A DNA stretch of 64,000 nt from an uncultured Candidatus Saccharibacteria bacterium. GTDB lineage: Bacteria > Patescibacteriota > Saccharimonadia > Saccharimonadales > Saccharimonadaceae. Within the stretch, counting starts at the first letter, position 1, and each line of letters begins with the position of its first letter. The stretch lies in assembly GCA_947166405.1 (NCBI GenBank), contig CAMVEA010000002.1:164-64163 (forward strand). The letters run 5' to 3'. The notes under the pieces are model-generated. The model did no database searches. It was not told the origin of the DNA and saw nothing but the letters and a program-made list of their open reading frames with translations. Below, piece after piece: positions 1 to 8,975 of the stretch. Position numbers and translations under genes: made by a program.

Positions 1-470
1 GAAGAATCTTCATCATCTTCGTCTTCATCATCTTCGTCTTCGTCATCATTATCCTCATCCACATCATCTTCATCTTCATTCTCATCATATTCTTCACCAT
101 TTTCATCATCATGTTCAATCTCATCATTTCCTGCAGCCTTATCAGAATCCTCCTCACTCTCATCGACGTCAGATTCCTTATCGTCTCGCACTCTTTTCTC
201 ATACGAAGACTCATGCCCATCTTCGTCATTATTGACAATCTTAAGGTTGTATCGAGCATCCTGCTTTGTACCAAGCGCACGCAACAGTACCCGTATAGCC
301 TGCGCTGTTGCACCTCGCTTACCAATCACTCTTCCAACATCATCAGGATCCACGGTTAAAGTCAGGAGCACTCCTTTTTCATCAATTTTACGCTCTACCA
401 CCACCTTATCAGGGTTGTTGACTAAAGTTTTTACGATATATTCTACGAATTGTTGGTCAATAGTAGCCAT
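1..470 (-). CDS. khpA: KH-domain RNA-binding protein (KhpA/YlqC family) with very long acidic C-terminal tail; 3' end runs off the window
   Basis: Not in ORF track. Hand translation from ATG at 470 (SD GGAG) gives MATIDQQFVEYIVKTLVNNPDKVVVERKIDEKGVLLTLTVDPDDVGRVIGKRGATAQAIRVLL, with a KH GxxG loop, then Asp/Glu-rich codons to base 1. Directly downstream of rpsP, the usual context. Confidence 0.9.
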   Translation of the reverse strand, partial: MATIDQQFVEYIVKTLVNNPDKVVVERKIDEKGVLLTLTVDPDDVGRVIGKRGATAQAIRVLLRALGTKQDARYNLKIVNNDEDGHESSYEKRVRDDKESDVDESEEDSDKAAGNDEIEHDDENGEEYDENEDEDDVDEDNDDEDEDDEDEDDEDS

Positions 471-627
471 ATTTTTCTCCATTTCATTTAAGTTATTATT
501 TATCTATTATTATAACACAGCCATTCTTTATTTGAAGCGCCAAATTTATTATACTATCATCTATTTTGATGCCCCTAGCAAACCCATCAAAAACACTACA
601 TAACAAACAGTCAGTCAGTATCTATTC

Positions 628-984
628 TTACGCCTCAGGAGCAGACTCTTCCGCTGAAGTCACTTCTTCTTTTGGCTGATTTTTACGCAATTTATCAGCA
701 TGTTTCGCCACAGATTTTTTTGGCGTATGCTCCTTATACCATTTTGGCAGCTTAACGCCGTTCTTCTTTAAGATAAAAGCCACACGGCTCGACGGCTGAG
801 CGCCATTACTTAAGTATTTTTCCACCAATTCCTTGTCGAGGGTCAAAGCCTTCGTCTGGGGATTATAATTGCCGACCTCCGCCACGACGCGACCCGACAA
901 AGGGTGGCGCTGTGATTCTTGGACGACTATCCGGTACGTAGGATAATGCGTCCGGCCATTACGTTGCATTCGAATCGCAAGCAT
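628..984 (-). CDS. rpsP: 30S ribosomal protein S16 with C-terminal extension
   Basis: MLAIRMQRNGRTHYPTYRIVVQESQRHPLSGRVVAEVGNYNP matches the S16 N-terminus; SD AAGGAG. Confidence 0.97.
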   Translation of the reverse strand: MLAIRMQRNGRTHYPTYRIVVQESQRHPLSGRVVAEVGNYNPQTKALTLDKELVEKYLSNGAQPSSRVAFILKKNGVKLPKWYKEHTPKKSVAKHADKLRKNQPKEEVTSAEESAPEA

Positions 985-1146
985 GTTTTCTCCTTAATTA
1001 ATACTATATATAATTATATCACAAATATTCACCTTTGAAAACCCCATATCTAACCCCGAAATCCAACTTCGATATCCACATAATTATTTCATCGTATCGA
1101 CCCATCCCATTTCCTATCGCCCTACTCCACTCATTACTATACTGCT

Positions 1147-2175
1147 CTATACATGTCGCTTTTTCTTCCTAGCCGTCTCCACAGCCCAATTTACCCGATA
1201 CTTCATTGGTTTCAGTATCATATCATGCGCTGGCGTATACCTCAATTCATTACATCCAAATGATCTTTTAAACTCCGAGACGCCATAAAACCTATGCTCC
1301 TTCTCATCTGGCTCCACAATCCCCCATAAGTTATATCGAATACACCCCCGATTTCTAGCCTCATTCATAGCTTGCATGTGGAGTAGTGGAGCTGCCGAAT
1401 ACTTCGTACCAAGCTCCGAAGATACGCCATAGTGATAACTTGCCTCCGCCCCATAAAAAATCATAAAATTCTGCGCCAGCACTTCTCCATCCTTACGGGC
1501 AGTATAAATTAATACTTCACCACCTTCGCGAAACGCCTCAAATTGTTTTTTGAGAAACGACTCCGAAAAAGCCACGTACTTCTGTCTCTCAGCATGCAAT
1601 TTTTCCAATCTGCAAAACTCTTCAATCGATTCATTATTAGTATCTGCCGTAATCTCGATATCATTCTTTTTAGCTTTTCGAAGTTTACGTCGAAACCCCT
1701 GTGACGCCCCAGCCAAAATGTCCTCTTCTGATTTTGTCAAATCCAGCACCCCAGCAAACTCCACCGATAAATACATCGGCGCCCGTTTCAACCCTAATTC
1801 GCTCATTAACATCATAGACTTATCCGACAATTCTAATTGAGGTCGCACCCTCACAAACACACATTCAGCCTTCAGCCCTTCATCACGAATATCATCAAAC
1901 ACTAACTTAATCAGCTCTTTATCATTCCAATCAATAATCGGACCGCCAGCAATCGCCATATATCTCCCACGCTTCGCCGTCTCGACCACACCAGCATATA
2001 CCCCGACAATCTTATCTCCACTCATTACTGCACGCCTCACAACCTTCTTTCCACGTGCTTTATGAAATTCATAAAAATCCCATGACTGCAAGAAATTCGC
2101 TTCTTGATGAGAAGTAACAAACTCATCCCAAGACGAACGATCATCTGCATCAATCAATACCACTTTACTACTCAT
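1147..2175 (-). CDS. FemAB/FemX-family tRNA-dependent peptidoglycan bridge aminoacyltransferase
   Basis: Motifs FLQSWDF, GGPIID, FVRVRP, YNLWGI and GVSEFKRSFG are typical of FemABX/MurMN GNAT-fold ligases. Confidence 0.85.
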   Translation of the reverse strand: MSSKVVLIDADDRSSWDEFVTSHQEANFLQSWDFYEFHKARGKKVVRRAVMSGDKIVGVYAGVVETAKRGRYMAIAGGPIIDWNDKELIKLVFDDIRDEGLKAECVFVRVRPQLELSDKSMMLMSELGLKRAPMYLSVEFAGVLDLTKSEEDILAGASQGFRRKLRKAKKNDIEITADTNNESIEEFCRLEKLHAERQKYVAFSESFLKKQFEAFREGGEVLIYTARKDGEVLAQNFMIFYGAEASYHYGVSSELGTKYSAAPLLHMQAMNEARNRGCIRYNLWGIVEPDEKEHRFYGVSEFKRSFGCNELRYTPAHDMILKPMKYRVNWAVETARKKKRHV

Positions 2176-3260
2176 AAATGCCTCCTTTTCTTGCGCGCCT
2201 TTTCCACAACCAAATCTTTCAGATAACCAATCTTCGAAATCACCAAATCATGCGCCGGCACATATTCAATCACTTCACCGCCAAAACCAGTTTTAAACGT
2301 TGTCACACCTGCATATCGATGCTCTGGATGTCCAGGCGGAGCAATACCCCACAGATTAAACCGCTCATAACCCTCTGCCTTCAAATCTCGCATCACCCGC
2401 CAAAGCAAAGCATACGCCCCAGGCAACTTACGATTAAGCTCTGTCGAAGCCGCTTCATAATAATCGCCTTCTCGCCCATCCTTAATAATCAAACCATAAG
2501 CCACCGGCTCTCCCTCGTCACCACCACCAGCCAAATCACCTCTGTTATTCGGCGATTCATCAGGCGCTTGCTTTAATTCATCATTATGTACCCTCGCCAC
2601 ATAAATCTCAGCATTCTCACCAAATCCTTCTCGTTCTGCCAATAACGTGTTCAAATTCGGCGGTACAAAATTCTGCCTCTTAGCCGTCTCTGCCTGCACT
2701 CTATGAAACTCTCTAAACACTTCCTCCGAATTGCACTTTTCTACTGTAATCTTTAGTTTATCTGCCCTTCGCACCTCATATCTAGTCTGTCTCCGCATCT
2801 TAGCCAATAACTCATCCTCTGAGCACGACAAATCAATCATCACAGTATGTTCAGCCGCCAAATGCATTGGCGATTCACTAAGGCCAAGTTTCGACAGTTT
2901 CTTCAAATTCTCTTCACAGGCAATCAATTGTGGCCTCACCCTCACAAACACACACTTCTCATTCCGTGCCACTTCAGCAATCTTTGCAAAAACTTCTTTT
3001 GCCAATTTCTCATTACCCCAATCAATCAAAGGCCCACAAGGAATCTCCAAATACCTCCCCCGCTTCGCGTCTCTTACAGTCATTAGCGCCCATCCCTTTC
3101 CGCCAAAATCATCATATATCACTTTGGCGCCAAGAAGCTCATTTACTTTACCATAAGCCGGCGACTGGAGAAAATTAGCCTCAGGGTGTTTTTTCACGAT
3201 TTTTTTCCAATCATCCATCGTAAATCTATCTGTTTTTTTCACGCTTGTCTCCTTACTCAT
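2172..3260 (-). CDS. Second FemAB/FemX-family aminoacyltransferase (tandem paralogue)
   Basis: NFLQSPAY, CGPLID, FVRVRPQ, FNLWGI, GVTTFKTGFGG. Start placed at 3260 (MSKET), behind a strong AAGGAGG SD embedded in the upstream gene's 3' end. Confidence 0.85.
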   Translation of the reverse strand: MSKETSVKKTDRFTMDDWKKIVKKHPEANFLQSPAYGKVNELLGAKVIYDDFGGKGWALMTVRDAKRGRYLEIPCGPLIDWGNEKLAKEVFAKIAEVARNEKCVFVRVRPQLIACEENLKKLSKLGLSESPMHLAAEHTVMIDLSCSEDELLAKMRRQTRYEVRRADKLKITVEKCNSEEVFREFHRVQAETAKRQNFVPPNLNTLLAEREGFGENAEIYVARVHNDELKQAPDESPNNRGDLAGGGDEGEPVAYGLIIKDGREGDYYEAASTELNRKLPGAYALLWRVMRDLKAEGYERFNLWGIAPPGHPEHRYAGVTTFKTGFGGEVIEYVPAHDLVISKIGYLKDLVVEKARKKRRHL

Positions 3261-4431
3261 TTTCCTCCTTATACTCACTTATGATTTTGTTTGCGCCTAT
3301 AAGGTCTTTTTTACTATAATAACAAGGCGTATTTACGATTTGTTCTGCTACTTCGACCGCCACTGGACATTTCGCTTCAGGAAAATGCACTTTTTTGTAA
3401 TATCTCTCAGGCGACACGGGTTTCTCATACCACAATCCATCGAAATAGTATCCTGCCTTACGCAATTTCGCCAACACCTCACTCCTATCTCGTACCAAAT
3501 TAAAACCCCGAATTGGCAACTCACCAGTCTTTTTTAATCCCTTAAACTGTCTAAGCGCCAGCTTAGCTTCGAATTTACTAATTCTCTGAGTCATATCCAA
3601 TCTATTATCAGCCGATCGCTCCACAAAATGAATCTTCACCAGTAACCTCATCAATGCACCGCCAAGCTTCACATAGGTCAACCCTCGACATATTGCCCCA
3701 AACAAAGGATAAAACCGCGCCCTCAAATGCTCCGACACTTTCGGAGATTCACTAGGCGCTTTAATATCTTTTTTACAGGGGTCACGCAACACCAATGCCC
3801 CACCTGACACCGTATCAATCGATTTATCCTTCCCAAACGAAAATGCCACAGCCACACCCACCGTACCAACCTCACGCCCATCTCTATAACGTACTCCAGC
3901 GCAATGCGCCAAATCTTCAATCATCATCAAATCATGTTTCTTGGCAAATTTTTCAATCTCAACAATATCCACAGGATTACCCAGAGTGTTTTGAATAATG
4001 ATACCCTTCGGCTTCTTGCCCACTGCATCAGGATAACTACCTTTGCCAGAAAAATCAGCGTCTTGGTTCTTTTTTGAAACAACAGACGAATCAGCCATAA
4101 CATCTTCAAGACTCTCAAGAGTATAATTTAAACTTTCTTTTGAAATATCAGCAAACACAGGCTTCAGCTTCGCCGCCTTGACTGCCTCATATACCGCATA
4201 ACAAGTAAAGCCATTAATAATAACTGCATCGCCAGGCTCAAAATATGCCATCAACGCCAAAGCAAGTGCCGAACGCCCATTTTTACATAGAACTGCCTGT
4301 CCGTCATATTTATTACTAAGATACGACACCAATTCATCGCAATCTTTTTGCCTACCCACTGCAAAAGTATGCCGTAAACAATCCACCCCCGAGTAACCTG
4401 CTGCCATTCCTAAATAATAATGCCTTGCCAA
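3253..4431 (-). CDS. DegT/DnrJ/EryC1/StrS-like PLP-dependent enzyme
   Basis: KNGRSAL, GFTCYAV, IEDLAH (PLP-binding Asp) and FSFGKDK (Schiff-base Lys). TTG start. Confidence 0.75.
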   Translation of the reverse strand: MARHYYLGMAAGYSGVDCLRHTFAVGRQKDCDELVSYLSNKYDGQAVLCKNGRSALALALMAYFEPGDAVIINGFTCYAVYEAVKAAKLKPVFADISKESLNYTLESLEDVMADSSVVSKKNQDADFSGKGSYPDAVGKKPKGIIIQNTLGNPVDIVEIEKFAKKHDLMMIEDLAHCAGVRYRDGREVGTVGVAVAFSFGKDKSIDTVSGGALVLRDPCKKDIKAPSESPKVSEHLRARFYPLFGAICRGLTYVKLGGALMRLLVKIHFVERSADNRLDMTQRISKFEAKLALRQFKGLKKTGELPIRGFNLVRDRSEVLAKLRKAGYYFDGLWYEKPVSPERYYKKVHFPEAKCPVAVEVAEQIVNTPCYYSKKDLIGANKIISEYKEENE

Positions 4432-4432
4432 C

Positions 4433-5122
4433 TCATTTCCCCTTATTTTGTATCTTCTTTACTAATGTAGTAATCGCTCGCGCCAACCCCTCGGGATCTG
4501 AAATATAAGGCGCGTGCGTCCAATTCGCATAAAACTTCAATTCCGCATGAGGCAATTTTTCATACATCGCTGTCGCCTGCCTCGGAGGAGTCGTGGTATC
4601 CTTTTTACCCCACATAATAAACGTCGGTGTTTCAACTTTCGCAAAATCCAGATTTTTGTCCGACTCAAGCATATTCGCCAAAGTCTTTTTCATATTCTCA
4701 GGTGCTCTCGAATAATCTGTCGACCCAGTAATCTTATGAAAAGCCTTATCGACAATCGTAATCTTCTTAAGGGGCTTTCCTATCTTTGCCATCTTTTCAA
4801 TAAAACGTTTTCTCGCCGATGGCTCATAAATCCCTGCTGCATCAAGCAGTATCAGATGCTTCAATTTTTCGGGTTTTTCAGCGCACATATTCAGCAAAAT
4901 CCGCCCACCATTCGAATGCCCCAGCGCCACCGCCCCATCTGGTATCTCCTTATCAGCCCATTTCACATAATCCTCAATCGTAAAAACCTTATCAGATTTC
5001 TCAGTCAATCCAGGAACTCTCAGCATTTTAACGCTCAAGCCATTTTTCCTGAGCAACGCAAAAGTCGTTCGCCACGGCTCTACCGTATAAGTCCACCCGT
5101 GTATTACATACAAATCCGCCAC
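4433..5122 (-). CDS. Alpha/beta-fold hydrolase
   Basis: HGW oxyanion motif, GHSNGG nucleophile elbow, WGKKD and terminal HAP. GTG start with AAGGAG SD. Confidence 0.85.
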   Translation of the reverse strand: MADLYVIHGWTYTVEPWRTTFALLRKNGLSVKMLRVPGLTEKSDKVFTIEDYVKWADKEIPDGAVALGHSNGGRILLNMCAEKPEKLKHLILLDAAGIYEPSARKRFIEKMAKIGKPLKKITIVDKAFHKITGSTDYSRAPENMKKTLANMLESDKNLDFAKVETPTFIMWGKKDTTTPPRQATAMYEKLPHAELKFYANWTHAPYISDPEGLARAITTLVKKIQNKGK

Positions 5123-5142
5123 CTATATTTCTCCTTTCATAA

Positions 5143-6411
5143 TCAATTAAGCCCCCAATTCTTACGTCTTATAACTGCCGCCTTCTCTCGTCGACATAGT
5201 TTCTCAGCATCCTTAGGATCATCAAGTAACTTCTCGATAATCCACTCCAAATACTGACTCCCTTTGAATACCAAAGTCTCATTTCCTCGAGTGCGTTTCT
5301 CAATATATTCGAGTGCTTTCCTTGGATCTGTCGTTGCCACCGCCGAAACACCCAATTTCCTAAGCTCTGGCGCTGTCCATTTTTTAGTCCTGCGCCCCAC
5401 CAGTATTACATTGTCCGGCTTCACATCTGCTATCAACTTCGCCAAACGCTTATGCTCCTCTTCTTCTAGAGCTCCTTGATCCACAATATCACCAATTACC
5501 AGCCACTTCACATCAGCGTGCATCCTCTTAACCATGTCTAGCACCGAAGTCATCGAAATCATATGCGCATTATAACTGCTATCAATAATCTCAATCCCTT
5601 TCTTCCCCCTAAAAAACGAGCATCTTCCAGGAGCGATTTCCATACCAGTAAAATCAGGATTGAACTTTAGCTTCAAATACTTCATCAAATCTCTCACCAC
5701 AAGCAAATTAAACGAAATGTCTCTCGGTTCCGGATGATTAAAATGGAAAGTCGTATCTCCATAGGTAAAATCTGTCGATTCCGGATATACGACATATTTC
5801 TTAATCAAGCCTTTTTGTATCGGTATTACTTTTGCAGTTATATCCTCGGTGGCCTCATGCATTATCTTCGAATCGGCATCAATATATACTCGTTTGGATG
5901 TGTTAGCAGGCAAGTTGGCAAACTCCGCCACAATCGCTTCACCTACGTTTTTATATCGTCCTTCTGATACTTCCTTTTCAAACTGCACTGCGTGCGACAA
6001 GCCAATCGACACCCATATCGTCACTTCAGGCTTCAGCCATTTTGCCAAAAACTCCGCCTCGTGTGGTCGCTCTCCATCTATTTCTACCACATAGAATTTC
6101 TCCTTATGCTGATAAAACATCGCCTTAAACGGCGCCATTATAATTAGCCAAAACCACTTCAGTTTTGAGCCCTTAATCCCTTTTAGCCCCAGCATATCAA
6201 AGGGAATCCCAAATGCCGAATTTGCATCATGAGAATAATGTGCCTTATCGCCCATTTCATGCTCCAACATTTTCATCATCGTCGTCTTACCAGCCGAACC
6301 AGTAACCGCTATCACGCGCGGATTCCACCGCCGAAAAGCCTTATCTGCAAAATGTCGAAAATATCTAGCAACTTTGAAGTATAATTTCTTCTTAAGCTTA
6401 CTCACACTCAT
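5143..6411 (-). CDS. MurF-like Mur ligase lacking the usual N-terminal domain
   Basis: VIAVTGSAGKTT P-loop; IIDSSYNA and LVIGDIVDQG correspond to MurF DxYNANP and VLGDMLELG. Confidence 0.8.
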   Translation of the reverse strand: MSVSKLKKKLYFKVARYFRHFADKAFRRWNPRVIAVTGSAGKTTMMKMLEHEMGDKAHYSHDANSAFGIPFDMLGLKGIKGSKLKWFWLIIMAPFKAMFYQHKEKFYVVEIDGERPHEAEFLAKWLKPEVTIWVSIGLSHAVQFEKEVSEGRYKNVGEAIVAEFANLPANTSKRVYIDADSKIMHEATEDITAKVIPIQKGLIKKYVVYPESTDFTYGDTTFHFNHPEPRDISFNLLVVRDLMKYLKLKFNPDFTGMEIAPGRCSFFRGKKGIEIIDSSYNAHMISMTSVLDMVKRMHADVKWLVIGDIVDQGALEEEEHKRLAKLIADVKPDNVILVGRRTKKWTAPELRKLGVSAVATTDPRKALEYIEKRTRGNETLVFKGSQYLEWIIEKLLDDPKDAEKLCRREKAAVIRRKNWGLN

Positions 6412-6579
6412 AGAATCATTATACCCTTAATTGACTTATTCGTCAAAACGTGCTTATAGCACAATAATTAAACGATAAAAGCCACGAATAATCTCACCCA
6501 TATAAACTTAGCCCAAGAGCCATTTCCAAGCCAAACATAATACCAATCATCTCACTTAAACGTTTCTTCATCATAATCG

Positions 6580-6672
6580 AAACTTGACTTGGAATTCACT
6601 TCCAAGTCAAGTTTAATACTGGTTTTCTTTCTTGGTCTTTCTTTTCCCGAAAAGAAAGACCAGATTTCAAAA
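6580..6672 (-). repeat. Double-hairpin dispersed element, copy 1
   Basis: 15-bp perfect stem 6580-6594/6600-6614 with loop TTCAC, 18-nt linker, 13-bp perfect stem 6633-6645/6650-6662 with loop CCCG. Homologous to 18083-18170 and 59408-59486. Confidence 0.85.
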
Positions 6673-6705
6673 AACGCCGAGATAGCGTATTTTCAACAAC
6701 TTAAA

Positions 6706-6809
6706 TTTCTTAGCAAAAATTCGCTAGATTGGTGTTTTCTCCTTACGAAGCGCGTCTAATGGACGAGCGAGTAAGGAAAAACGCCGAGATAGCGAATTTT
6801 TGCAAGAAA
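6706..6809. other. ~100-nt imperfect long hairpin directly after the rpsJ stop
   Basis: Nested pairs GCAAAAATTCGCTA/TAGCGAATTTTTGC, GGTGTTTT/AAAACGCC, TCCTTAC/GTAAGGA and CGTC/GACG. The 18-bp AAAAACGCCGAGATAGCG is duplicated at 6670-6687 and 6777-6794. Confidence 0.75.
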
Positions 6810-6810
6810 T

Positions 6811-7137
6811 TTACATGCGAATCTCAGCATCTACCCCAGCCGGGAGCGACAAATTCTGCAAACTCTCAATCGTCTTAGGTGTTGCATTCGAAATATCAAT
6901 CAAACGTTTATGAACTTTCATCTCAAACGCTTCACCACCAGTTTTATACACGTGTGGCGACTTCACGACTGTATAAGTAGACCTTTTTGTAGGAAGTGGA
7001 ATCGGCCCACTAATAGATGCACCCGTCCTAATTGCAGTATCGACAATCTGCCGCGCACTCTGATCAATTACCCTGTGGTCATACGCCTTCAACTTAATAC
7101 GTATTTTTAGCCCCTCATCTTTTTTTGCTTCTGTCAT
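6811..7137 (-). CDS. rpsJ: 30S ribosomal protein S10, stand-alone
   Basis: [15 protein letters not shown]...GPIPLPT...KSPHVYK...[11 protein letters not shown]. Confidence 0.98.
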   Translation of the reverse strand: MTEAKKDEGLKIRIKLKAYDHRVIDQSARQIVDTAIRTGASISGPIPLPTKRSTYTVVKSPHVYKTGGEAFEMKVHKRLIDISNATPKTIESLQNLSLPAGVDAEIRM

Positions 7138-7210
7138 TATTATCCTTTCTCGCTCGATAACCTCTAAGACATGAGTTTTTCGAGCTTAATACTTATTATT
7201 CAATAATCTT

Positions 7211-7239
7211 ATCATACCACACATTTACCCCTTTGTCCA
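7211..7239 (-). promoter_or_regulatory. Sigma70 promoter for rpsJ
   Basis: Minus strand TGGACA-17 nt-TATGAT with extended -10 TG. Confidence 0.65.
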
Positions 7240-7323
7240 GTAACAGCATCACGATAGCTATAAAAACATCTAAGCAAACTCATATCTAAACCCAGATAGT
7301 TACAATCAAAAACTCAATCCAAT

Positions 7324-7355
7324 AAAAAAGCCGCCACACCTCTCGGCATGACGGC
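7324..7355 (-). terminator. Intrinsic terminator after the 7367-7984 gene
   Basis: GCCGTCATGCC-GAGA-GGTGTGGCGGC (11 bp with G.U pairs, GNRA loop) followed by T6. Confidence 0.85.
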
Positions 7356-7366
7356 ATCTAAGCTTA

Positions 7367-7984
7367 TCATCTATGTCGTTTTTTACGCCAAATTGGTTCC
7401 CAGTTATCGGGGTGACGAGTAGCAATGTCCTTGCAATCATAAAACGTGAGCAGATCCATTGCTCCACAGAATAAAAAAAACACAATCGCCAACGCAAGTG
7501 CGAACCAATTCATCCGGACTGCTTCAAAAACACCAAACTTCAGCATTATCAGCTGAGGAATCCCCAAACCAAGCAAAACAAACGGAATAATAAAATACCC
7601 CATAATGTCGTGTGTTATTTTAGTTGGGCTCCTAAAGGCAAATCCAGGATAGTTAGGGGCTTCGCTACTCCTTCGCCACAAAGCAAACAATCCGACAATA
7701 ATTACAAGCGCCAGCCACCAATGAGGCTCATGAATTAAAGGCACATCATCAACGCCAGTCTTGGTATACATACCGATAATCGCTACGAGCATTACACCAA
7801 GAGACAAATCACCTGGGAAGAACATTTTTGACTGGCTATCGCCAATCGGCACCAACCGAGATTCTAAGATGAACCCCACCAGGAACATCAATCCTGGCCA
7901 AATTAACCAAAAAATCACGAGCAGAATAAACCGGTTTTCGAAACTCTCTCCGTAAAAAGATGACAATAAGCTCATAAAGTTCAT
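7367..7984 (-). CDS. Uncharacterised multi-pass membrane protein
   Basis: 205 aa with about 5 hydrophobic segments; own promoter, GGGGG SD and terminator. No family recognised. Confidence 0.75.
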   Translation of the reverse strand: MNFMSLLSSFYGESFENRFILLVIFWLIWPGLMFLVGFILESRLVPIGDSQSKMFFPGDLSLGVMLVAIIGMYTKTGVDDVPLIHEPHWWLALVIIVGLFALWRRSSEAPNYPGFAFRSPTKITHDIMGYFIIPFVLLGLGIPQLIMLKFGVFEAVRMNWFALALAIVFFLFCGAMDLLTFYDCKDIATRHPDNWEPIWRKKRHR

Positions 7985-8031
7985 AAACTAACCCCCTTAT
8001 CACATCAATAGATAATAAGCCTACTACTCTA

Positions 8032-8060
8032 ATTATACCACAAAACTCATAAAAAATCAA
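8032..8060 (-). promoter_or_regulatory. Sigma70 promoter for the 7367-7984 gene
   Basis: TTGATT-17 nt-TATAAT with extended -10 TG. Confidence 0.75.
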
Positions 8061-8153
8061 CTCTGCGCTCTACCAATCTATCTCTACCACTCAACCCCAC
8101 AGACCAAACACTATCACAAATACCTCAATATATCATATTACAGTACTAAAGCC

Positions 8154-8879
8154 CTAATGTCGCTTTTTATCTTCTCTACCCAGATTAACCTTCTTATAAT
8201 ACTTTACCCCCTCCGCCGCCGCATGCGCCTGTGCGTCCTGTTTCGAATGCCCAATTCCAGTTCCACGCAATGTATCACCCACATACAGCCCAACCGTAAA
8301 CACTTTATCATGATCGGGCCCCTCCTCACGCAAAGTTCTATATACCGGAGTAAGCCCATCAATCTTCTGTGCCAGTTCTTGTACATAAGACTTCGGGTCG
8401 CGCCACGTACCCTCCTCAATCACTGTCTCTGTTTTTACTAGAATATGCTTCGCAATAAACTCTCTGGCAACTTCATACCCTTGATCCAAATAAACCGCCC
8501 CAATCACCGCCTCAAAACAATCCGCCAAAATCACATCATGCGCGCGCTCTGTACCATTTTGCTCACCTCTGGACAATCTCACTAGTGGTTCATATCCAAG
8601 TTCCTTGCCAGCCTCACAAATCGACTCAGTCCTCACAAGCGCCGCCCGAATCGCCGTCATAATTCCCTCAGGATAATCATAATTACGGAACAAATAATCC
8701 GATGTCACAATTTCAAGCACTGCATCACCTAGGAATTCCAATCGCTCGTTGTGCTCATGTACTTTCCTATGTTCATTCACATAGCTTCTATGCGTAAGCG
8801 CTGTCACCAACAAATTAATATCATTAAACTCAAAACCTAATTTATCCTTCGCAAATTCCTTATATGCATTATAATCCAT
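8154..8879 (-). CDS. rnc: Ribonuclease III
   Basis: HNERLEFLGDAVL signature, ADCFEAVIGAVYLD and a C-terminal dsRBD (DPKS..QE). Confidence 0.97.
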   Translation of the reverse strand: MDYNAYKEFAKDKLGFEFNDINLLVTALTHRSYVNEHRKVHEHNERLEFLGDAVLEIVTSDYLFRNYDYPEGIMTAIRAALVRTESICEAGKELGYEPLVRLSRGEQNGTERAHDVILADCFEAVIGAVYLDQGYEVAREFIAKHILVKTETVIEEGTWRDPKSYVQELAQKIDGLTPVYRTLREEGPDHDKVFTVGLYVGDTLRGTGIGHSKQDAQAHAAAEGVKYYKKVNLGREDKKRH

Positions 8880-8975
8880 CTTACTCCTTTCTATTTCACC
8901 TCAATCTTAAAAAACCGCATTTTATCCACCACAACCCCTAATAAATCTAGCCTTTTAAGAAAGAATGAGCTATCA

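Noticed and set aside
567-592. TTTTGATG...CATCAAAA hairpin after rpsP as a terminator
   Set aside because: Only an 8-bp AT-rich stem with an unpaired interior; too weak to call.
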